NCBI GenBank assembly: GCA_973895155.1
Contig: OZ316895.1
Span: 4,591,181-4,655,180, forward strand
Length of the DNA: 64,000 bases
DNA from: Marsupella aquatica
Lineage: Eukaryota > Plantae > Marchantiophyta
Reading direction: 5' to 3'
The notes under the pieces were generated by a model. That model did not search any database. It worked only from the letters and a program-made list of their open reading frames with translations, and was not told the origin of the DNA. Of the stretch, positions 50,001 through 61,292 are shown one piece after another (within the stretch, counting starts at the first letter, position 1; each line of letters opens with the position of its first letter). The position numbers and the translations under genes are program-made.

Positions 50001-51613
50001 ATACTGATCATACATGGAAAGCAATGGGCCCAACTAAATGCCCATGTGCAACGCTTATTTCTCTAGACTACCTCCTCAGGTGGTCCAAACTAGTGTTTTC
50101 TTAGTGGCAAACATCAGCTAGATTCCACCAGCTTTTGGCACAGTAAGGTTTTTTTGTCTTTCATTAGCTTCTTTCGTACACTGCCCATAGGTCAGAATCT
50201 AACAGTTATTTCCAAATCTAGGGAGATGAAAGTAAATAAATTTAGTACACTTAGATAAAAAATTATTTCTAGCATCTTCTTTTTCACACGGGGGGACATT
50301 CCCCCAAAAGTGGGAAGCTGGGGGTCCCATCCAAACAGCTGGGAGGAATTTAAAATTATCCTTAGATCAAACATTGTAATTCTATATCTACATCATCCTA
50401 GTAGACATGCATATTTCATAGATCCAATGATAACTTGAGAATCCTATGCGAGCAAAACCTTTAGGATGAGGATCCTATTCTTAGCTTATAGTTCCAGTAA
50501 AATAAGAGGAAAAACTGGGACAAAACTACAATTTTATACCTGACACCTTCTAGCAAGGACTAGGACTTTTATCTGTACTTGTGAGTCTGTACTCTGGCCA
50601 TGAAGGGTTCAAGGAGCCACACGGATTTTCTAATGGAGAGAAATGGTTTTATAAAGGACCCCAGCTAACAACCAACAGCCCAGCATGGCTGGCGGTCAGG
50701 GCTACACCCCCAAAGCCCCACCGGGTTGCCTCATTGGCTCGATCTCTGTTCTCTTACTGACAAAAGTGGGGACCAACTTTTGACCACCAGAGGACCATTG
50801 ACCTCAATATAGGCAACTACCCTAGTACTAATCTGGTTTGCACAAATAATAAGTATGTGGAGGTTTTGGTGTTGTCTGTTTACGGAGGTCACAAACACAT
50901 GTTTCGGCTAGGTATCAACTAAACACCTACAAAATAGACAAAGAAAAACATTTACTGGGGAAAGATTAAAATGGCCATCCTCAAAGTTCCGGTAGCAAAT
51001 AAATAATAATTTCAATCGATTAGCAACTAATTTGGAACATCGTTTACCTTGCTAATTGAATGATCAAATTTTGATATTTTTATTCATAGTTGCTTAAAAT
51101 AACTTTTCACTATTGAGAATAGTAAATCAGGTTACCATGACTGTAGCCAAGTAGGCACTCGAGCTGTGGACAAATTAACCTCATGGGTTCCTCAAGACTT
51201 CAAGCTCTGACCATTGTCGCTTTTGCCTTTATTGGGTGAATGCCTCCAAATCATCATACGGTACACTGCACTGCTCATCTGACTACCACGTCAGACTTGT
51301 GAACTTGTCCTTGGAGGAGTGTAAAGTACATTTACAGAAGAGGCTGCAACGGTGCATGTTACCTTTACGTAGTACCGTTATGGGCACCAAATTGTCATTT
51401 TGGACAAGTATTATTGGGAATTTTATATACTGTAGCCAGTACCTGGATTGACACTATATTGTGATTTTGGACGACTATTCCTAGGAAGTTTATTTTTTGT
51501 AGCTAGTGGTCCCATCAGTTCCACCATTCAATGAGACGCTTGTTTCCCATCATGTATAGACGATGAAGACACAAGGATGTATGTCTTCATTAGGAATTCC
51601 TAATGCTACATAA

Positions 51614-51873
51614 TCTGTGGAGACAGACTCACATAGCTGTAAAATTTGCTCAATATTAGTTTTCCTCATAAGGGTAGCCCAATGGCAGTAGTCTTCATTG
51701 CCACTAGTGAGATAGAAGCCCCAAGACAACAATGCTACCTACTCTGTGGAAACAGACTCAATAGTTGTAAAATTTGCTCAATATTAGTCTTCCTCACAAG
51801 GGTAGTCCAATGGCAGTAGTCTTCATCCCGCAAGCAAGCGAGATGGCAAGTGAGATAGAAGCCTAAAGACAAC
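51614..51873. repeat. Direct repeat of about 130 bp x2
   Basis: ctgtgga.acagactca.atag.tgtaaaatttgctcaatattagt...caatggcagtagtcttcat...gtgagatagaagcc at 51614 and 51744. Confidence 0.88.
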
Positions 51874-52724
51874 AACAACCGTGGGTGACTGTATTATATT
51901 GCAAACAGATATTAGACAAGCCGAAAGCAAGGTGTAAGTCAGGCTATAACAGCCTACTTAACCCACAATTAGGGATGACACTTTCCCCACATTGCAGTCT
52001 GGATCCATATTCCAAAGTGGAGAGGGAGCCAGAACTTGGATGGAGTGCAACTGAGTCATACTTTGGGACCACCAAGCTCTCCCGGGCGATGGGTTCTGAG
52101 GGAGCCTTGGTGTGACCTTTCTGCACAACCAAGCTGCCCTTAGGTGAAGTAATGATGACCTTCAACAAAGCATCGTGAATTGGGCTAAATGTACAAACGG
52201 TTTTTTGAAGTTTTTGAGGTGGCTGGACTGGGAGTTTATATTACAATGTGCAATTGACGTTTGCTACTCATGACCTATGTAGAATGAAGCCATACGTCAA
52301 ACTTTATCAATACAGAAAAGTTTTTATATTTAGATTATTTAGTCCTTCCTGTGAATAACATACAGGCATTTGGGCTTAAGGGTTTAGGGTTTACCCCATT
52401 CTTCTTTATTGGAAGGAAATGGAGTCATACAAAATTGTATTTGGGCTAGATAAAAGCGCGCACACATGACAAACTGGGTGCATTAAATTGTTTTTGAAGT
52501 GGCTGGGCTGGTTCACTCTAATGCCCAAAGTTTTGTGGCTCTCCCAAGCCTCCAACAGAATGCTCCATTTGTACAATTGTGGGGTCCCGGGAACTGAGAA
52601 ACCGGAGACCAAAGAAGAAGCAGTGCCACTTAATTAAAAAGGGTATACAGTCCACTTAAAAGGGTATAGAGTTTACCCTTAAATGCAGGCTCTGGGGAAG
52701 ACACCCCAAACCCCCCCAAACCTG

Positions 52725-53160
52725 CATTTATCCACTTTATGCACTTCTCCATATGCACATGTTGTATATTCCAACAAGTGCATGTGAAATCTCTTATGCA
52801 CTTCACACAAATGTACTGTCTGGACGCATTGGACTCTTCATACCCAGAATTCTCATCACAAAAACATATTCAACTGGATAAGTGCACAACACTACAATGT
52901 ATAGTCGTCAACTGCTGCACACATAAAAATAATGCCTTCTAACATATGTGTTGAAAGAATCAATTAAAGCTGTGCACTCTTATAGACAGAAATGCGCTAA
53001 TTTTTGGGTTTTAGTGACTGGTAACTTGCACTTACAGGCCATGCATTTTTTGTGCCTTTACAAAGGAATGTGCTGTATTATTGGGGGACTAATAACCACC
53101 CTACACTTACCGACAGAATGCAGTTATACACACTACACACTGCACTTCTCCACGGTGAAC
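52725..53160 (+). repeat. Dispersed repeat, copy 2 (homologous to 15290-15960)
   Basis: Same shared blocks in the same order and orientation, but shorter than copy 1. Confidence 0.75.
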
Positions 53161-56100
53161 TGTATATCTATGAGGCGAAAGGAGAGGGTAAGGTAAGTCT
53201 TGTGTTCTTCATTCAACAGTACGGTATGGAATCACACTAAACATTAATTTGCTCTGTTTGTTGGAGCAGAACAGAAAGTAAAATATAAAGTTTGTGCTAC
53301 GTGGAAGTTTCTGTTATTCTCCAATTGCTGTTGTTTATTCTCTCATGATCACTCTTTCCTCGTTTGCTGACTTGACTCTCACATTCAGAGCTGGGACGCG
53401 AAAGACCATGTGTAAAGTGCTATACCGGGCTACATTGAATGACTGGAACCCAGCAGGGTGAAGAAGCACCACCTGCAGCTCCCTGGTTCGAAGTCAGTCT
53501 GATCAAATCTCTGAGCCACATGGACAGCACCGCAAAGATAGAGGGTGGACAGCAATATGATATAGTTATATTTATGTGAAGCTACAGTTATGACCTGCTG
53601 GAGAAGGAAAAGACATTCCGATGTTCCACGAGAATTCTTCGAAACGTCACAGCAGGCCAGCTCTTCAGTTTCATCGCCAGAACAATTAACCCCATGCTCT
53701 AAGATATATCAAATCATGCTGGGGATTACTAATATGTGATTTTTGCGACTAATCATTCACGATTGAAAGAAAACAGAGCTGATGTAGACCGTAGTCTTTG
53801 AATCAAAGCAGTAAAGCTCGAGTTGTGTTAACGGTCCATCAAATATCAAGGGAAACGTAAATCCCATCAAGTGTTCCAAATGACTTATAGTCTCGGGAAT
53901 TTCAGAAGGATCCCGAGAAGGATTTCCTTGGCGGCATACACAGGAAAAGGAACGACATGACAGTCTGTAAGTTGATGGAAGTCTTAGAAGTCTCTGGTAA
54001 AATCTGAGCAAGTGAGTGGTGCTGATACGATTCTTGGAGTTGCTTTTCATGAACACCAGAATTCAGAAGATTTTAGAAATGTCAATCCAGACTTAATTTG
54101 CAGTGGGGTCCGTTCTTTTACCTAGTAAGGAAATACCTCTTATGGAGGTTCAATGACCACAGACCACTAAGCAGTACCAGTTCTTCCCGGTATTAATGTA
54201 CATAAATATTTTGAGGCCACAATATGGGCAATATGTTCAGGCTTCAGAGGTTCACGTGGTGTAATAACCAGAAATTAGTTTTTGTTTTAGTGATGGGCTC
54301 GTCCATCAGGTTCCGAATGACATTCCTTTGACTGAATTAATAGAGTGGACTATCACAATGTGCGTGGCCAACGAGGTTGTCTGGGCAGAGATGACCAGAC
54401 AGCTTTTGCTACTGTATGACGACGAGGTGAAGACAGCATTTAGGCTGTAGAAGACCCTGGACTCTAAATTTGTTTCGGGCATACATCAGCTGCCTACAAG
54501 TGAAAGACTAAGCAGCTAATGGTGTACATTGGTATATCCAATTGAAAAGTTCTCTTCTTCTTGAGTATCTGTTGCGATCAGAGCAACCAAAAGCCAATTA
54601 CTATGGGCCTTTGAGAAGAAAACTGAACTGATTACAAAAATCCGTGATCAAGGTTACGGTAGTCCTGACTTTGAATACTTTACAGTACTATACCACTTAT
54701 GGACTTCGTACCATACACTTCGGGCCTCCAAAGCGGAGGGATGGAAACGATTGATTTCTACCGTATGGTACCTTTAGTTTCAGCCAGGTGAGCGAGAAAG
54801 AGTACTATACAGTACTGACATCTGTATACTGGACTAAATTACAGCCCTCAACTGTAGCCTCCGTACTAGCTAGTTGGTATCGTAACAGCTGCTGATCAGA
54901 TCAATGGGGGCAGCGGCAGCTCTGCTGATTGTAAAGTACGGTACAATCTTGTCTGCAACAGCAGCCACTCGAGGCGGGTCCTCCTTATTGCATTTACTGC
55001 ATTCTCATCGAACGGCGATCGTTGTGAGCTTACTTGGACGGAATTATGGCCTTTGATGCTTTCTGCTTTGAATGCAGTGGGAATGGGTCGTCTGTCAGAA
55101 TACAAAAGCAGTGAAGTTTCGCTCAATGGGGTTTTGTGCTGCAGCTGTTACTGCTACGTGTATATTTTCGTATACGGTGCCGTAGTGGAGGCAGAAGCCA
55201 AACAAGTGTCCTATAAGTCCGATTGATTGAAGGCGAGTCTTGTCTCGTACGTGAGTACGATCCGGTTTCCGTGCTGAGAATGTGAGAGATGTAATTGACA
55301 TGGTGTCCGGAGGAAGCATTCATGAAGAAACTCTGCCAGTCAGGCAGTGCAATGCCTGCCTGAATCGGTGAATCCTCTGCGAGAGTGTGTGAACAGTAGG
55401 TTTCTGCTGCTGCGGTACTCCATCAATGGGGCTGGTGGGTGCATGCTTCTCAGGAAGGACTGATGAATGAGTACTGCATACGGTAGACAACTGACTGGCT
55501 TGCTCTCCACCTATTGCTACGGAATCCTGTCTACACTGTCTGTCTTGCTGAGTGATCAGCAGCAGGAGTACCGACATTCATGCATGGATAGCTGCACAGC
55601 TCAGCCTGCTGTCCTGAACCTCGCTCGGTGAGCGGATTGTAGGTTAATGCAGGTCAGCTGCTTCCATCGTTCATTCATCTCTGCATTGGGCTGGCTCGGC
55701 TGTTTCACATTGCTAAGGAGTGGAATACTCGCGCGGATGGGGGTGAGGAGGAGATCTTGTCATGGCTGGAATCAGATTAAAATGAGGTTCTATAGCTAGA
55801 CGACTAAAGTTCGACGTACTCCTTTGAACAGTAATCTTGTACGTACAATATACGGATGTGCGTGGGGAAGTTGTTCAGACACCAGAGTCCAGTCTAGGCT
55901 TGATATTTTGCATTATTTTGCTCTGGTCAGGCTGCATGAGGCAGGCCAGGAGCTATGAGACCTGACTCGTCTGTGTCCCGCTGGATGATGCTGGAGATGC
56001 TAAAGCAGGACAGAGCAGAAATCCACGCAGGGAGCGACAGGTTATGGACTTATGGGTATCTGCTCGCAGGGAGGGGCAGGTTATGGGTATCTCGTCTCGT

Positions 56101-56845
56101 CATTGCAACTGATGGGATCCCAGCTCCTCAACACCGATCCTACTACCGTTTCACGAGTGCGCACGTGGTAGACTCCCTGCTGCTTGGGGCTGAATAGGTT
56201 GATCATGAACGATTCCCTCTTGGGACAAAACCATCCATATTTCTCCCGAGACAAAAGTCCTGATATGGTTGCGCACCGTACACTTGTTATCCACATAGAA
56301 TATCGGTAGCGTTACTTCTCGAATGCGGAAGCCGGAGGATTTAACACTTTCTATATCATTCTAAGCATGGAAGAAATTCCATGTGTGCCCGGTTTTTAAG
56401 CTCTTGAGTTCAAGGGATGTTTCAGCAATCGGTGATCGACTTCCTTGAATAGATTCTAGTAGATTGGGGACCATTTTAGTGTATTTCTGATCTTCATGAA
56501 GGAGCAGAAAGGCAAATTTTTTTATAGCTCAAGGACTAGATTATCAGGTCTTCCTTTTTCCGGCGTGATTACTGGAGTAAATTGATTGGTAAAGGTAAAT
56601 CAAATTTGCCTCCTGATGGAATCCGGTCGAGCCTCTTGGCTAAGTGAAACGTTAGCAGCTGTGAGCAGTGCCGTGCTGGTAGTAGATTGTCGACAATCAC
56701 CTTTGAATCGATGCTGAGATTGATGCGGAGATAGTGCAAATTTGAGCTGCAAGGTGACCATGCGCCCAGTAATGCAGTGCATTGGAGTGTAGATCAACTC
56801 TAACCAGCTGGACAACACCTGGCTGGCGTGATCGTTTCAAAAATC

Positions 56846-59800
56846 ATGGCTCCGCTTATGGTGAGCAATGCGCCACTGAGGACGCTGCCTTTTGTAGTAG
56901 CTTGCGTTCTCATCTTAGCCCACTTTGTAGCTTCGGTCCCCCTCAACGCCTCTCAGATCTTCGGGCTGCAGCAGCTTCAACAGGTACTACAAAAACCGCC
57001 CATCTTGAACGGATGGTATACATGGACTGACTTCTGCAACCTTCCTCCCACTCCCGATTTGAAGTTAGTGTGTCAAGGAACTGTCTTGACCGAGCTAAGG
57101 ATCGTTGGTGACAAGCCGAGCCCATCTGCGGTCCAAAACATCAACAACCAGACTAATGATGCGAGACTGTCACCTGAGTTTTCCACATCGGCTTTGGCCG
57201 ACGCTCTCATGCTTCTTCCGAACTTGACAGTTCTCGAACTCGTGGCGCTGGGCATGTGGGGACCACTCCCACCCAGGTTAAACGAGCTAGTCGACCTTCA
57301 AGTGCTTAACTTGAGCTCCAATTTCTTTATCGGATCTGTGCCACAATATATTGGTAATCTCACTTTCATCCGAGTGGTGGATTTGGACGACAACCTGCTC
57401 AATGGGTCCTTCCCTCAATGGATGGGTGCGCTTCCCGATCTCTCTTCTTTAATCTTATCCAGGAATTTCTTCACAGGGACCTTGCAAGGATTCGACTACT
57501 CCACCTTCCCAACTTTAGCGGTACTCGACTTGGACAGCAATCTCTTCAATGGATCACTGCCCCGAGGACTGAGTACTCTTGGGAACCTCACCACTCTTTC
57601 ACTAGCTCAGAATCAGTTCACCGGTGCAATCCCAGACCTCAGTAGCCTCCAGCAGCTCCAGACGCTCAACGTCAATGGCAACTTTCTGGGGCCCAAGTTT
57701 CCATCTCTCGGGAATCAAGTCGTTACTCTTCAGTTGGCAAGGAACAATCTCATGGGTCCCATTCCGGATTCGCTCCAAAGTCTCTCCCAGCTTCAGCTCC
57801 TAGACGTATCTTACAATTCTCTCAATGGCTTTCCCCCACTCTTCCTGTACAGCTTGCCTAACATCACCACTCTAGTGTTTTCTGAAAATCACTTCAGCGG
57901 GCAGTTCGCATCCGACTTCAGTCTGGCCCGGACCCTTGTCAAGTTAGACCTTTCCTCCAATTACTTCACAGGAAAGCTGCCAAAATCTCTCAACAATTCA
58001 TCCCATGGGAGGAGTATGGACTACGCAAATAACTGCTTTCAGAGTACCGCGCCAAATCAACAGCCCGAATCTTACTGCCTGTACGAGAGCAAGCTCTATT
58101 CGCCGAGGAAGAGAAACGTCGCTCTCATTGCTGGGCTGGTGGGCGGTGGAGTGGGTGTCTTCTTGTCACTCTTTGCAGTGGTGTTTGTGTTCTGTTGCAA
58201 ATGCCAAAGAAAGCACCGAGCTCGAAGTGCACATGTCACGGATTACGCCACAAGTTCGCAGGCTGGCAGCTCTGTCGCTATCCCTTCCGAACTCCTGTCG
58301 AATGCAAGTACGTTTATTACACGTTTCTCAAATCCAGTATCTCTCTCACATCTACTACTGCAAACTGTATACATTTGTCTTGGGTTTCATGATGGGTTTG
58401 ACTCCAATGACTTAACTTTTATTTGGCGACAGTCGCGAGCTAGCTTACACAGAGCAGGAATACTATGCATTTGTCATCTGCTTGTGGATATGACCGATCA
58501 TCATCCACATAAACACCTGTTGGTTGATGCATGTTGTCACTTTACAGACATTAGCTTGCACTTCGAAGATTGACGCTCTGTATGGAAGCCATTGATAGCA
58601 AAGCTAGAATTCTTCGAAAGTGCACCAGCCACATGATCATTTCCCACAATTAGGCGATTTGACGCTTGTTTTATCTCTAGCGGTCTATATTGACTCTTGG
58701 ACAAATACATGACTGTGTAGGGTATCTGTCCCAATCGATGAGGCTCGGGGTTTTGACCGTTCATCAACATCAAGTGTTCAGTCTGGAACAGCTGGAGGAG
58801 GCCACGGACAACTTCAGTCGAGGCTCTCTCATTGGCGAAGGCATCCGTGGAAAGGTAGGTGAAAGTGCTATGAACTTGTTTGCAATCTCACGAAGTCTGT
58901 ACGTGTGTTTAGTTCGCACACTTGATGATGTCACCATGCAAGTGAGTTGGGCCGGTCAGACTACAGAGAACCCACCGATCGACGCAGATTGGTTCTGTTC
59001 ATTGTACCAACTGCGTATTTATGGAAGACGCTTTCTAGGATCATCGTTTTCTTCCCTGTTGCCAGATCTGGCATCGCTGTTTTTATCCTCGGCCACTGTT
59101 CGCGCTGAGTTTAAACTTTCAGCTGCGAGAGGACTCGCATTGCTTTCTTATGACCTCCCTCTTCTCTCTCATCTCATTTGTTTCGCTTGACGCGCTTCGT
59201 CCTCCAGTCTCCTCATATAAAAGTATCCCTCTGACCTGATTTCTGGGATGCCTAAATGTCCTACGACTCCTTGCGTGATTTCTCTTCCTGGCTTCACATT
59301 TTGCCCATAAGGTATTGGTACATGAATCTGCTTAATCTCCACCTATGCCACTCCTCATTCCGGTGTCATGATGAAGGTTTCTGTTGGGTTTGTGGTTCAG
59401 CCTTCATTCTCGCTAAATAGTTCGTAGTAACGAGCGACGTGGTTGGTTCTTCGCGTGCAGGTGTACAAGGGTCGGCTGGAGGATGGTACTAACGTGGCCG
59501 TAAAATGCTGCTGCTTCGATCCAAAGCTGGACTCTCATGACGTCAGAGCACAAATGGACCTACTGTCCAAGCTGCGCCACCACAATGTTGTCAGTGTGAT
59601 TGGCTACTGCTTGGTCGAGGGTGAAACAAACAACAAGCATGATCGACGACTCTTTGTGGTTTCTGAACATGTAGCCGGTGGTCACCTTCGAAGCCACATT
59701 TCTGGTATGCTCCACATAATTGGAAAAGTGATTTGAAAATGATCTTGCTAAGAGTTCTGTCGAGTCGCATTTACAAAAAGTTGAAGATTGTATGCACATA

Positions 59801-61292
59801 CAGGGAGCTTCAGGGCAAAATTTACCTGAGACATTCTCTTAAGATTTGAACGTTTCTCTTGCTTTGATAACATGGGTGGATACTTTGGAATCCGCAATTG
59901 TGTACAGGAGGTGAGGAGAGAATGAACTGGTTGAGAAGACTGGCAGCTCTGATCGGTGCAGCTAAAGGTGTTCATTACCTTCACCATGGCGTGTTGCCGA
60001 GTATTTTTCACCATGAATTGAAGATGACCAACATTTTGCTGGACCATAATTTTGTACCCAAAATCTGTGATTTTGGACTTCCCAGACCTCCATCCCACGT
60101 CATGGCACTTCAGGTATGGCAATGAAATGCTTTAGAGATACTATTGCCTGTCTTGAATGCAATTCATAACTTCTATGACATAATTTTATGCTTGTCAAAA
60201 TGACTTTTTCGGAGGTTATCACAGGCTGACATATATTCTCGTGTATCTGTTGCAGCCAAATGTCAGAAGAAGTCACTACAGGTACACAAGCCTCCCTCTC
60301 CTGCGTTTTTTGTCAATTTAGCTGTCTGTGGTTAATGTGATTTGTAATTTTTTTGCTGGCAATCCTTTCTTTTAAGCCATCTCTGTGGTCGTGGTGGCAT
60401 AGCTGGTAGCCCATAGGCTTACATAACACTAGGTGTCAATTTCTTTAGGGCTGAAGAGAGATCTTTACGTGCCCCAAGGGAAGGAACATTCCTTGATATA
60501 AGACAGTCAAATACTCTCAATTTTGGTTGTAATGTTGCTCTGTGAGAATCGTCTAACCTGTCTGCGCTCGAGAATTCTTCAGACGGCGGTATGCAGACAA
60601 AATGGACATATACAACTTTGGTTTAATTCTGCTTGAGATGGTGTTGGGAAGGCCCCCAATCATGGAGAAAAACTTGGGAGAAAGTCCAAAGGTTGTAGAA
60701 GTGGTGAGTTTGCTCTTTTCGCTGGTCAGCCCATAAAGTAGGAGCCGTTTTGTAGAAGAATTGTAAGCAAAGATTTAGGAGCTAGTTTACAATCTTCAAA
60801 TTTTTGGATTTCCTCTACGTGCCTTTGAAATGTCACCCCTTTTCTTACTTCAATGCGACATGCGTTCTAACTCGGGATCACCATTCAATCTGGCAGGCAC
60901 GTTTGATGACCGACCAGAGTCCAAATATGGATCTGATTGACCCAGCTCTAGTTGGAGACTGTGAAGGAGAATCTTTATCAACCGTGATTGATATTGGCAT
61001 CAAGTGCTTGTCTGATGATTTGGGAGCTCGGCCCTCCATGGAGGATGTACTGTGGAATCTTCAATACGCAGTACAGGTACATGACACATCTTTGGCTGAT
61101 GCTGATGAAATGTTCGATTACTGTTCTAGTCCGGGGTCAACTAACACAAGGAAGGACCACAAGCTGAAGAAATCTGGATCATTTGAGAACAGTATATTGT
61201 TTGAGAAGCACCTCTCTGGTGGTGATCATGAGAGGAAGATATCAGTTGAGGATCCGCTGTCTCCACGATTTAATTCGGATTTCTTCCGCTAG
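56846..61292 (+). CDS. LRR receptor-like kinase, LRR-VI-like, probably catalytically inactive
   Basis: Exons 56846-58307, 58721-58854, 59461-59704, 59908-60113, 60256-60281, 60583-60703, 60897-61292. Signal peptide, about 11-12 LxxLxLxxNxxxG repeats, and TM (IAGLVGGGVGVFLSLFAVVFVFCC). Kinase motifs: GEGIRGKVY, VAVK, HHELKMTNILLD, CDFG, DIYNFGLILLE, RPSMEDVLWNLQYA. Confidence 0.92.

Noticed and set aside
55335-55555. miR408-like complementary site and C/D snoRNA-like boxes
   Set aside because: Only about 10 nt match miR408 contiguously. The C box is non-canonical, with no terminal stem or recognisable guide.
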